The translations under genes were made by a program, and so were the position numbers. Below, one piece after another: positions 9,632 through 19,240 of a stretch of 64,000 nt of DNA. The notes beneath the pieces are model-generated. The model was not told the DNA's origin and did no database searches. It worked only from the letters and a program-made list of their open reading frames with translations. The DNA comes from Porphyridium purpureum (lineage: Eukaryota), in assembly GCA_008690995.1 (NCBI GenBank), contig VRMN01000002.1, positions 1,922,001 through 1,986,000 on the forward strand, given 5' to 3'. Position 1 is the stretch's first letter, and each line of letters opens with the position of its first letter.

Positions 9632-12600
9632 ATGGAGGATCTGGATCCGGATCGTTTGGAACGGTCGAGCGAGCCAACGGCGTTCGAGTATCAGAAGTAT
9701 GGGAACAAGGTGAACTTCTCGCGCCACGCGTTCTACGTGGACGGCGAGCCGCTCGTGCTCGTGTCGGGCGAGTTCCACTATTGGCGTGTGCCAGACCGTG
9801 AGCGCTGGCGACCGCTGCTGGCGGCGCTCAAAGCCATGGGCCTCAATTGCCTTCGCTTCTACATCAATTGGGGGTATCATTCGCCGGCAGAGAACTCGTA
9901 CATCTTCGATGGCAATCGCGACATCGACTACTTGCTCACGCTCTGCGAGGAGCTCCAGCTCTTTGTGATCGCCGCGCCGGGCCCGTATATTTGCGCAGAA
10001 ACGCAAGCCGGCGGGTTTCCCACCTGGCTGTTGGCCAAGCGCGACATTCGGATCCGACACATGCGCTTTCACTTTTATAAGATGTGGGACGAACAATTCG
10101 CACACTTTTCAAAGCAGTTCTACTCGCACATCGTGCCGATCTTTGCAGCACACGAGCGCATCGTCAAGCCAGACGGCTGCGTCATTGCCTTCCAGATCGA
10201 GAACGAGCTGCGTGAGCTGTTCGGTCTGGACGAAGAAATGCGCTCGCTGGCGCGCGCCGCGCGGGAGTACGGCATCAAGAGCCCGATTTTCCACAACGAC
10301 GACTCACCGGCCGGCTCATGGTCAAGCGGCAAGTACTTGCGCAACAAGAGCACTCTCTATGTCACCAAGACCGACCAGAAACGCTACCGCGGCGACATGT
10401 ACGGCGTCGACTTGTACTTTCTGTTCCCCAGTATGCGCGACACGGCAGACGATCAGTCTGCGTTTGTGATCATCGCGTTTCAGTTTGGCGGCTTCGCGGC
10501 GTTCCTGCAATTCTTCGGCATTGGTGGTACAGGTCTTGGTGGGCGCGACCTAAAGCTTCTCAACACGCTGGGCTGCTTCAAGGACGAACCGGTGCACGTG
10601 CCCCCGAAAGTGCTCGGCTGGACTGCCAAGGATTTCACTGGTCACATTGATCACTTTGAGTCCAAGTTCCACGCCATGGGCGGCGCGGCGTCGAACGGGC
10701 CAGTCGTGCTTGCGGAAACGCAGGTGGGATGGATCAACCAGTGGGGCAAGCGCCGCGATTATGACGACTTGTACGAATTCTTTGGCGGCGACCAGTCAGC
10801 TACCCTGATGAACAGCCTCGTAGGCCAAGGCGTGTCTGTTGTTTCGTTCTACATGGCGTATGGCGGCACCAATTGGGGCACGTCCGGTGACGCCGAGGTG
10901 TATACCTCGTACGACTACACTGCGTTTGTGCGCGAGTTTGGCATGTTGTGCGAGCGCGGCCGCCGCTTGCGCCAGTCTGCACTTTTCCTACAGACGTTCA
11001 CCGCTGACGGCATCGCCGAATCGGTGCTGGTCCCGAAAGCGGTCGCCGCTCGCGATGAGCACATCTCGTGCTCCCTCCCAACCATGCTGGTGACAGTACG
11101 TAAAGCGGTACCGCGCGCTGGGCAGGCAGATAAGGACCTACCTCGCTTTCTCTTCATGCGAAATCTCGAATACCTGGGCTCGACTTCTGCACCAGCCGAC
11201 GACGCAAGCACGCCTTTCTCTCTAGCAGTGGCAGGCATCGTTGTTCCCTGTATGGTGCGCCCGCGGCAATCGTTCATCGCCGTGGCGAACTTGCGCATCA
11301 GGGGCGCGCTGTTTCTTCACGTGTGCTCGATCCCGATTTTGTTCAAGTGCAGCTCGTACCACGGGGCTCCACTGTGGGGACTCAAAATTCCGGAACGCGG
11401 CTCCGTAGGTCGGTTTGTATTTCGTGTGCCTTCGAGCCGCAGCGCCAAGTACACGCTGAAGTGGCAGTGCGAGGACGGTACCAGCGGCTCTGTTTCTGTG
11501 AGTTCGAGCGACGCGGCATCCACGCTTCCGCTTTTGAGCGCGCCTTTGGAGGAGCTTCCGCTGGCCGAGTTTGCGCCCCCAGAGGCACCGGACTGCCCGG
11601 TTCAAATGCGCATGTCTCGAGATACAGAAGAGCATTGGTTCGTTTCGATCGCCTTTTGGCGGGAGTGCTTTGTCACGCTGCTAGATAGCAGCATCGAAGA
11701 CGCGTCCGAGCCAGTGCTGCTGCTCCGTATGATGGCTGTGTCCGAGGTACATGCTGACACGCTGTTCTGTAGCTTTGGCAAAGATTTGCGCTATGCGTCC
11801 AACTCGGTGCTACCACCCACAGTGATTGCGTACGGCGCTCATGAAATCTCAATGCCGGACTTAAAGGCTGGGAAGCTGAAAGTTGAGTGGAAGCGTTCAG
11901 ATACGCGCGCGACGCTGCTGCAAGACACCAGCCCAGGGCTTGGAACCGTTTCCGATGATGCTTTCCCTGGAATTTCAGTGCACGATGCTCCGAAATCGTT
12001 TGACTGGGACGGTCTTCCTCGCTCGATGCAGCTGAGCGACGCCTGCGTGCGTGGAATTGATTTTACGAAGGACGTCACGTGGAAATCGATAGACTTGGAA
12101 ACACAGCGCGATCCGCTAGATCACCTGTTTTCGCACGGCCACGTGGCGTACCGTCTCCAGTTTGAAGTGCCGGCAGTGAAGAAGATGTGGCAGTCGTCGC
12201 GCGTGTATTTGACGCTCAACGTGCGTCACGTAGGTACAGTTTGGGTGAATGGCCACGCGCTGGGGGGACAACTCACCTACAGCCACAACGCCATTTCAGC
12301 AGGCGCGATGCACTTTCAAGATTTCTGGTGGTCTGGCAAGAAGAACTATGACATCACAGACCAAGTGGCGTCCAACTTGTCCGAGCCAGATGCGAATGGC
12401 ATGTGCTCGCAGGACGTGATCATCCTCGTGCACTCCTTTGGGCAGAACCGCCAGGCCTTCCTGCTGAACGATGTCCGCAACAAGCGTGGCCTTTTGTCTG
12501 CTAAGCTCAGCGCATCGGGAGTGCAGAACGAGCGTTGGTCTATCTATGGCGTTTCAACGGCTGACGTCAGCAACCCATTCAACATTGGTGGTATTCCGAG

Positions 12601-13132
12601 GGAAGCCGATTTTGCGGCATTGAGCTTGGCCGACACGAATGGGTGGAGCGCGCTTAAGCAAGACCCTCTCTCTCAAATTGCAGTGCGTGCATCTGAAGGA
12701 CTGCGATGGTTGCGATGCTCGTTCAAAACTCCGCAGCGTCTAAGCAGCGTGAGTAGCAGCAGCGGCAGTAGCACTGGTGCGGGAGGTGACGGTACGAGCC
12801 TCCGTATGCCTTTGCGTGTGCAGCTCTCCGGCGGACCGACGCTCAGCGTGCTCGTGTACGTGAACGGAACATTGATTGCACGGTGGATGTCTGACGTGGG
12901 CCCGCAAAATGATTTCTACGTGATGGAACGCCTACTGGAGGAAGGTCCAGAAAAAAGTAATACGCTTGCACTCGCATATTACGCATGGCAGGATACTGAG
13001 CTCCACGTTAGCATGCTTCCATGGAATGTGCATCCGATCAGTGGAAATTTGAGGGCCGCCGAGAAGGATAAGGAGTTATTTGCTTTGGTTGGCGAAGATA
13101 TCGCTCTGGGAGCCGGTGATGTGCAGTCCTAG
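9632..13132 (+). CDS. Glycoside hydrolase family 35 beta-galactosidase-like
   Basis: SGEFHYWR, PGPYICAE..GGFP.WL, acid/base QIENE, nucleophile-region AETQVGW, YMAYGGTNWG, YTSYDY; C-terminal jelly-roll GPQNDF. Confidence 0.92.
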   Translation: MEDLDPDRLERSSEPTAFEYQKYGNKVNFSRHAFYVDGEPLVLVSGEFHYWRVPDRERWRPLLAALKAMGLNCLRFYINWGYHSPAENSYIFDGNRDIDYLLTLCEELQLFVIAAPGPYICAETQAGGFPTWLLAKRDIRIRHMRFHFYKMWDEQFAHFSKQFYSHIVPIFAAHERIVKPDGCVIAFQIENELRELFGLDEEMRSLARAAREYGIKSPIFHNDDSPAGSWSSGKYLRNKSTLYVTKTDQKRYRGDMYGVDLYFLFPSMRDTADDQSAFVIIAFQFGGFAAFLQFFGIGGTGLGGRDLKLLNTLGCFKDEPVHVPPKVLGWTAKDFTGHIDHFESKFHAMGGAASNGPVVLAETQVGWINQWGKRRDYDDLYEFFGGDQSATLMNSLVGQGVSVVSFYMAYGGTNWGTSGDAEVYTSYDYTAFVREFGMLCERGRRLRQSALFLQTFTADGIAESVLVPKAVAARDEHISCSLPTMLVTVRKAVPRAGQADKDLPRFLFMRNLEYLGSTSAPADDASTPFSLAVAGIVVPCMVRPRQSFIAVANLRIRGALFLHVCSIPILFKCSSYHGAPLWGLKIPERGSVGRFVFRVPSSRSAKYTLKWQCEDGTSGSVSVSSSDAASTLPLLSAPLEELPLAEFAPPEAPDCPVQMRMSRDTEEHWFVSIAFWRECFVTLLDSSIEDASEPVLLLRMMAVSEVHADTLFCSFGKDLRYASNSVLPPTVIAYGAHEISMPDLKAGKLKVEWKRSDTRATLLQDTSPGLGTVSDDAFPGISVHDAPKSFDWDGLPRSMQLSDACVRGIDFTKDVTWKSIDLETQRDPLDHLFSHGHVAYRLQFEVPAVKKMWQSSRVYLTLNVRHVGTVWVNGHALGGQLTYSHNAISAGAMHFQDFWWSGKKNYDITDQVASNLSEPDANGMCSQDVIILVHSFGQNRQAFLLNDVRNKRGLLSAKLSASGVQNERWSIYGVSTADVSNPFNIGGIPREADFAALSLADTNGWSALKQDPLSQIAVRASEGLRWLRCSFKTPQRLSSVSSSSGSSTGAGGDGTSLRMPLRVQLSGGPTLSVLVYVNGTLIARWMSDVGPQNDFYVMERLLEEGPEKSNTLALAYYAWQDTELHVSMLPWNVHPISGNLRAAEKDKELFALVGEDIALGAGDVQS

Positions 13133-13255
13133 TCGGCCGTGAGAAGCAATGACAAGTCGACCGTTCCTATATGATTCCATTGCAGTACATTACTTTTCCA
13201 TTCCTGTTGTCTTTTGCTTTACATCCGGAACACTGGCGCTCGCTTGGATTCGAAC

Positions 13256-14770
13256 TTACATTTCAGCACTGTATTTTGGGTGACGTTGCATGATGAGCGT
13301 GGCAATCTTGTCGAGTTCCGTGCACATGCTGATCATGCGCTGGTCCCATTCTAGCAGCTCAAGATCCTCACGCCGAAGACCCTTTCCACCAGCCAGTACG
13401 TCGATTTCGGGACCCGGCGCGCCGCCACCGCGTGCATTCGCGCCCGCAGCAGCTCGGACTTCATTGCTCAGAGCCTGCGCATCGATCTCCATATCGCCGC
13501 TGCCCCCACCACCACTCCCTACCGCAGCCGTTGCGTCCACGGACACTGACTTGCTAACGACGGCGAGCTGCTGCTGTCCTGAAAATACGATCAGGCCATC
13601 GACCTGATCAATCGAACCCGACAGGCGCTTCTCGTTCATCATTTTAGACGCTGTCATCTCTGCTGACTCGGCCGACACACCAAGCAGCTGACCGAGCTGT
13701 TCAATGGAGATGTTCTTGTACATCTGCGACACAACCAGAACGTTATGTTCCAAAACAGCTCTTTCAAGAATTGTTGAGCCTTCAGATGTTGTGGCAAGCT
13801 GGTGCGGCTTGAGTAGAGCCGCAAAGCTCTCAACCTGCGCAGGACGCACTAGCCGCATGAAGCAGAGTGCCTGAAGGATGTCGAACGAGGGTAGAGCGCG
13901 CGTGCGCGCGTCGCTGTACAGGACACTCAGTAGGCGCGATCGACGCGGTCCTGCCGGCGCAAGGACGCTGCAGACCACTGCAAAGCCCAGTGCTGCGATT
14001 TCGTCTTGTTCAGAAACGCCGTACACGTCGCGATCCATTCTTGAAAGCTCATAATATCTCGAACTCGCCTCCATAAACTTGCGCTTTGCGTCCAGGATGC
14101 GCGCGTAACACACGCGGTAGCCCAGCCTCGACGCAGCGCCTGGGTCACAATCTTCACCGATCAACCCTGACGCCCGATTAAGGTACGTCTCAGCGCGAAT
14201 CGCGTCATCCGCCTCGAGATAGAGCTGTGCCATTTTAACGTACGCTCTGACGCGATACACATCGTCCATGGCTGGCAGGTTGGCTTCGTATGGAATACCC
14301 CCCAGCACCTCGGCCGCGCGTATCCAATACTCCTGTCTCTCGTAGATCTCTGCCAGCTGTTCAGATGCCAGCTTGACTGCGTCCTCGAACGAGACCATCC
14401 GGCTTCTCAACACCTGCAGCAAGCCTTCGAGCACCGCCACTCGACTTGCGTCGTCGAGGGTTGCTCGTGATTGTGGCGCTTCATTGGTCGAACTGGAAGC
14501 TGCTGCTTTGGTTGCGTCTTTCTGTTCGGAACCCCTTGCATCACGGATCCTTTCGAGGAGCTGCAGGACCACACCGCGCGCGACCACAAGCACCACGGTT
14601 TCCTCCGTCACGTAACGCACGAGCCGAAGAAGATCCTGCACGCGCGACTCTGCGCTCGACGGTGCCGCGCCGAGCAGCACCGCGTCCACTAGCGCCAGGT
14701 ACGCTTCAACCCGCGCAGCGCTGCTTTCATACTTCGTGTCGTCCCCAATCCGGCGGATCTCTTCCTCCAT
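13256..14770 (-). CDS. CSN4: COP9 signalosome subunit 4
   Basis: AETYLNRAS, CYARILDAKRKFMEAS, LAPAGPRRSRLL, LKPHQLA, ILERAVLEHN, PCI domain GSIDQVDG. Confidence 0.93.
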   Translation of the reverse strand: MEEEIRRIGDDTKYESSAARVEAYLALVDAVLLGAAPSSAESRVQDLLRLVRYVTEETVVLVVARGVVLQLLERIRDARGSEQKDATKAAASSSTNEAPQSRATLDDASRVAVLEGLLQVLRSRMVSFEDAVKLASEQLAEIYERQEYWIRAAEVLGGIPYEANLPAMDDVYRVRAYVKMAQLYLEADDAIRAETYLNRASGLIGEDCDPGAASRLGYRVCYARILDAKRKFMEASSRYYELSRMDRDVYGVSEQDEIAALGFAVVCSVLAPAGPRRSRLLSVLYSDARTRALPSFDILQALCFMRLVRPAQVESFAALLKPHQLATTSEGSTILERAVLEHNVLVVSQMYKNISIEQLGQLLGVSAESAEMTASKMMNEKRLSGSIDQVDGLIVFSGQQQLAVVSKSVSVDATAAVGSGGGGSGDMEIDAQALSNEVRAAAGANARGGGAPGPEIDVLAGGKGLRREDLELLEWDQRMISMCTELDKIATLIMQRHPKYSAEM

Positions 14771-14867
14771 TCGTCACGATCTCCTACTTCACACGGTTGC
14801 TTTCGCCCTCAGCATGTTTGCATCACGAGGCGATTCCATTCGTCTGGCAATGGAGACGGGATGAACG

Positions 14868-15524
14868 ATGGATAAACGTCCAAGCACAGGGAATGGAACG
14901 TATGGGCAAGATACGAAGCAGCCGGAGCGTACGCCTGCAAGTCCGGTCTTGCCGCTTTCGCCCTCGCAGTATGAAGCAAGACTCGCGTTCGCACGGGACA
15001 CGCTTCAGGGCGACACGTCGCCGGCGATGATCGAGATGCTGCTGAGGCTTCAGGAGCAGGGTGGAGGGCCGGCTGCAAGCAATGGCGCGCAGCGAGATGG
15101 CAGTTCAGATGAAGATTATACAAAAGAAGAAGGAGGTGATGGTTTAGACGATGGCGACGAAGAGGAGGGGCTCCAGCTTGATGACGCATGTCCTGGCCTT
15201 TTTGATGCGCACGTGGACATTTCTGCGCAGAGTTGCCTGCAGCGCGCACGAGAGCAGTACGGATTTGATCTCGAAACGGTCGCGCGTAGGCTCGCGCTTG
15301 ATTTCTACGGCAAAGTGCGCCTCGTCAACTGGATTCGCGCGCGTGTCGTCGAGTTGTCTGGCTTCTCGCCTGCGCCTTCCTCGCTGGAGGCCTTGCAGCA
15401 ACGCGCGCACGACATCATGATTCAATTGGAGTCAGACTCTACATTGCGAGCACTGGCCTCGGACGATGCATTGCTAATCCCGGTAGTACCCAGTGACCCG
15501 CTCCTCAGCGCAATAGAAGACTAG
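14868..15524 (+). CDS. Standalone PRMT3/ZNF277-type N-terminal domain protein (degenerate C2H2)
   Basis: Acidic stretch, then GFDL...LDFYGKVRLVNWIR and LLIPVVPSDPLL, like the PRMT3 N-terminal domain; no methyltransferase domain follows. Confidence 0.65.
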   Translation: MDKRPSTGNGTYGQDTKQPERTPASPVLPLSPSQYEARLAFARDTLQGDTSPAMIEMLLRLQEQGGGPAASNGAQRDGSSDEDYTKEEGGDGLDDGDEEEGLQLDDACPGLFDAHVDISAQSCLQRAREQYGFDLETVARRLALDFYGKVRLVNWIRARVVELSGFSPAPSSLEALQQRAHDIMIQLESDSTLRALASDDALLIPVVPSDPLLSAIED

Positions 15525-15628
15525 TTGAGGAGGCGGACAAGACGGAACCGTCTGTCTTGCGTGGTATGTTTCTCTGGTGCAAAATGGAATCAAATCACGT
15601 GTATCATGAGCATCTGAGAAAGCTAGAT

Positions 15629-17317
15629 CTAGATGGTAACATTTAGGTTCACACCCATGTTCAACGGACCCAGGCCCGCCGTGAACCCACTGCCACCGCC
15701 CGCGGCGCCCTCTTCCGGTACCATGCCCAAATTGATCGTGGTTCTTCCGGGCTGGTACCCGAGCGTCACATTGAAATTGGTGTCTGGGGGGCGGTACATG
15801 GCCTGCGCGTTCCATTGCCCGCTGATGCCGCCCATCGCTTGCTGCTGAATCTGATTCATTTGGGCCTGCTGCATTTGCAGCACATACATCGCGCTCTGCT
15901 GCGCCTGCGAGCTCTCGATGCGGTTGGCCAGGAAGCGCTTCTTCTGGTTCGAGATTTCGGTCAGCAGCTCATGCAAGTCCATGAGCTCTGAGTCGTACGA
16001 CCAACTGCTGCCCGGGCGAATAGAAGCCTCGGCCTCGCGCTTGAACATTGATGTCGCGCTCAGCATGGCATAGTCTGTCGGGATTTCGTCAGATGATGCC
16101 GCCTTGTACGCGCTCATCGCATTTTCGCGCAGAATCTGCAGCTGGCGAATGAACACGCCCTGCAGAATGTCGTCCGCCACCTGCTCCAATTGCGTACGCC
16201 GTTCCTTGGCCGCGCCAATATCCTCTGATTTCGCCCCAACTTGCGCATCGAATGCGTCAAGTGCGTCCAGCACGAGCTGGCTCGACGCCGCGCCCAGGCT
16301 CTGCACCTTTTCGCCTTGGTCCAGCAGATCCAGCATCTGCTGCGCTTCCGCGTTAACAAGGTCCAAGCCCACTGTGAAAGCATGCTCTATGCGAATGGCA
16401 ATGTCCGCATTCGGCGGCAGTAAGCGGCTCCCGCCGGCGCCGGCACTCGTTGCGCCAATCTGCGCCACGCTGTCCCACGTTTCGCCCGTAATAAGCTCGA
16501 GCTGGTCCGCAGACAAACCCTTGGAATACTCATCGCTATTCATCGAGGCCTGTAGCTCGTTTCCTAGCGCAGCCACCGCACCGCTGAATGCATCCTTTTG
16601 GTACTTCATGTGCGGTAAAAGCGTGACGGATATTTGGAACGCATTCTCCAATGGCATGGCGCCCCTGCCCGCGGCGTCCCACAAATCACGTGCGTCAGCC
16701 AAGACGGAGGCGATCACCTCGTTTTTGGCGCCTTCGTCCGCCAGCACGGAATCCGCGTCGCGAAGCACGACGCGGATCATGGTGGGCGCGGCGCCGTCTT
16801 CGAAAGAGGCGAAAACGGCCTTGAGCAGCGAGAAGCCCACTGTGTCCGTCCCTCTTCCCAGCTCGTTGAACCACATATTGAGCACGAGCGCATCGCACAT
16901 TCTCGCTGCAAACGCGGCGCAGCGCGCGGCAAACGCCTTTCCCTGCGGGCCGCGCTCGCGCGCGTCCGCGCCCTCCACATCCAGCATCATGAGCGTGCTG
17001 CCCTGCATCTGCGCACACACGCCCTTGGTCGTCGCGGCGCCCACGGCCGCGCGCCCGGAGGCCACTGCGAATTGCGTGCCGAACAGCGCGTTCAGCAGCG
17101 TGGACTTGCCCGAGCCCTGCGGGCCGAGAATGCCCACGACACGCACGAGCTCCGGCCCCGCATCGCGGCCATCCAACCACCCGAACAGCACGCTGCCGCT
17201 CGCGTCGACCACCTGTGCTACGCCCGCCGCCATCCCGCCGACTCCGTGCACGCGACCACCCACGCCTGCTGCACGCACACCCGCTTCTACCCACCCCGGC
17301 CCGCCACGCCACACCAT
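15629..17317 (-). CDS. RHD3/Sey1 (atlastin-family) GTPase-like protein lacking the TM hairpin
   Basis: GPQGSGKSTLLNALFGTQF (P-loop), TTKG, DVEG, LRD. Start at 17317 or 17233. Confidence 0.85.
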   Translation of the reverse strand: MVWRGGPGWVEAGVRAAGVGGRVHGVGGMAAGVAQVVDASGSVLFGWLDGRDAGPELVRVVGILGPQGSGKSTLLNALFGTQFAVASGRAAVGAATTKGVCAQMQGSTLMMLDVEGADARERGPQGKAFAARCAAFAARMCDALVLNMWFNELGRGTDTVGFSLLKAVFASFEDGAAPTMIRVVLRDADSVLADEGAKNEVIASVLADARDLWDAAGRGAMPLENAFQISVTLLPHMKYQKDAFSGAVAALGNELQASMNSDEYSKGLSADQLELITGETWDSVAQIGATSAGAGGSRLLPPNADIAIRIEHAFTVGLDLVNAEAQQMLDLLDQGEKVQSLGAASSQLVLDALDAFDAQVGAKSEDIGAAKERRTQLEQVADDILQGVFIRQLQILRENAMSAYKAASSDEIPTDYAMLSATSMFKREAEASIRPGSSWSYDSELMDLHELLTEISNQKKRFLANRIESSQAQQSAMYVLQMQQAQMNQIQQQAMGGISGQWNAQAMYRPPDTNFNVTLGYQPGRTTINLGMVPEEGAAGGGSGFTAGLGPLNMGVNLNVTI

Positions 17318-17758
17318 CCAGCCCTACACCCGCGCGCCCTGCGCGATCTCACAGCGCACAAGCATATCAAATCCGCGCATTTGCATAGGACGCGCGCCAC
17401 CGCCGCGCGGCGAGAACCCAGCAGCACGCGAACACTCGCTCGATGGCCGCTGTACCTTCCGCGTCGCAATGAACTGTACGCATCCGCGCGAAGGGGTACA
17501 GTGGCAGGCCGATGGAACGCGCACGGGATGCCGCGCAGACTGCGGGCCAGTGCGTGGGTGGTGCAGTGGTGTGGGAGCTCGGGGGTTGATGCCGCAGAGC
17601 TAGCGCAGCCCATCTGTTGTTTCGCAGTACTCGCCTCGCGGCACGTAGCATTAGAATTCGATGTTTACTTGGCTGGAAAGGCCGTTTCCAATCGCAGCAT
17701 GAACCTGGCAAGGCCGATATTGACACGCGCTGGAGCTACATGAGAGAAACCCCTCAGG

Positions 17759-18448
17759 CTAGCGACGAAGATCGGCCATTCGCTTCTCCAGTTCCGAATC
17801 CGGGTTGGCGTTTGCAGTGCCCGTGGCGATGTCGGCGCCCGCGCCAAAGCCGCCGGCCGTGGTGCCCAGCTTGCCCATGGCCTCGATGCCCAGCTCGTCC
17901 ATGACAGCGTCGACAATGGCCTCTGTGTCCTGGTCGATTTCATCATTGCCCATGGCGTCTTCCATGGCGTCCTGCATCATCTCCTGTGTCATGGCCATCT
18001 TGCCAGTCTGCTTTTCGTACTCCATGACGACCTTGGACATGCTGGGCAGGTCCATCTGCGAATTGAGCGCGGCCATGGACGTTACGGCACTGCCCATGAC
18101 CTGCTGCATGGTGGCAGAGCTCTGCACCGTGCTCATTTGCATGCTCACGCTCTGCAGCTGCGTGCGCATCTGGTACAGGCGCTTCACCTGCTGCCGATTC
18201 ATGGCCAAGTCCTTTGCCATCATCCTCGCCGAGTCGACCTGATTCTCCTTCGCGGCCTTGCGAATCTGCCCCTGCAGGACCTTATCCTGCTGCTCCAGCT
18301 TCATCCGCTCGCGGTCCAGCTCGCGCATTGCCTTGTCAATATTCCGCTTCTGCTCCTTCACCTGCTCCTTCACGGTCAGCGGCTCCGGCGGCGGCGGCGG
18401 CGGCGGCTGCATCGGCTGCGCTTGCGCCTTCTTACCAAACAACCCCAT
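17759..18448 (-). CDS. CHMP2: ESCRT-III Vps2/CHMP2
   Basis: KAMRELDRER.KLEQQ.K, MAKDL, QLQSVS, VMDELGIE, C-terminal MIM LEKRMADLRR. ATG at 18448. Confidence 0.92.
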   Translation of the reverse strand: MGLFGKKAQAQPMQPPPPPPPEPLTVKEQVKEQKRNIDKAMRELDRERMKLEQQDKVLQGQIRKAAKENQVDSARMMAKDLAMNRQQVKRLYQMRTQLQSVSMQMSTVQSSATMQQVMGSAVTSMAALNSQMDLPSMSKVVMEYEKQTGKMAMTQEMMQDAMEDAMGNDEIDQDTEAIVDAVMDELGIEAMGKLGTTAGGFGAGADIATGTANANPDSELEKRMADLRR

Positions 18449-19240
18449 TTTTTCCGCGCCACACGTTACCTCCCCTCCAGCACCGAGCCTTCCCCCCACC
18501 TTCCCTCTCCCTCTCTCTCCCTCCCTCCTCACCTTCACCTTTCCCCCCACCTGCCCAACCTGTCTTCTCCCTCCCCAAATAAAACAGCGCCTAATAACAC
18601 ACAACAATCATCTTTCCCTTAGGACAAAAAAACTCGTTTCTCTCGCTGCAAAACAAAACTCCGAGTCGATTTATTATTCTACTGGGCTAAGCCCACGAGT
18701 CCGCTTGGAAGTACACGAGCCGAGACATGGAAGAAAAGGGGCAATACGAGGGTGTTCAGTTGGGTCAGTCCTGTTTTGACGCCGGTTAATCCCTATGCAT
18801 TCGGTTCGGCTTGACACTCTGGTTACTGTTCGTTCCACAAACAGACAAACGGTTCAACAAGGTCACAGCAAGTTGGTGGCGAGTGCATGCGCAAGTGGGT
18901 TCGTTCTCGTTCACCAACGCTGCGCGGCGTTCGAGCGTGATGGAGCTTGTGGCGGTGGGGCGCGTGTGTGCCGCCGCACAGCAGTGCCGCGCTCCGCAAT
19001 GACGCATGCTTGAAGAGCTGCTCCAGAACAGGTGAGCTGTGCTTGCGCGCACGCGCAACGCAGCCGCCACATCCGACTGCGGCTGATGCACGCACGCTCT
19101 GACATCGGGTCGCATCAACGGTTTACCGGTCCAGTCGCGCGCGCGCGCGAACCGGCTTTGCGCGGTGGCGACTCCTTAGGGTAAGCCGAGTTTGGAACCG
19201 GCAAAGATGGTATAGTGAAATAACGCCAAAAAAGCGTGAC

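Noticed and set aside
13232..13256. GTTCGAATCC...CGCCA on the - strand just after the CSN4 stop, resembling a tRNA 3' end
   Set aside because: The T-stem cannot pair and there is no D-arm or anticodon arm; the upstream sequence is CSN4 coding.
16104..17603. 499-aa + strand ORF and similar long antisense ORFs (1325-2233, 7098-7703, 26417-27226, 34927-35856, 62900-63952)
   Set aside because: Antisense shadows of GC3-rich genuine genes; S/A/R-rich with no recognisable motifs.
18610..19240. Possible RNase MRP/P RNA next to POP1
   Set aside because: No GGAA.GUC CR-I motif seen; the region looks like a divergent promoter.
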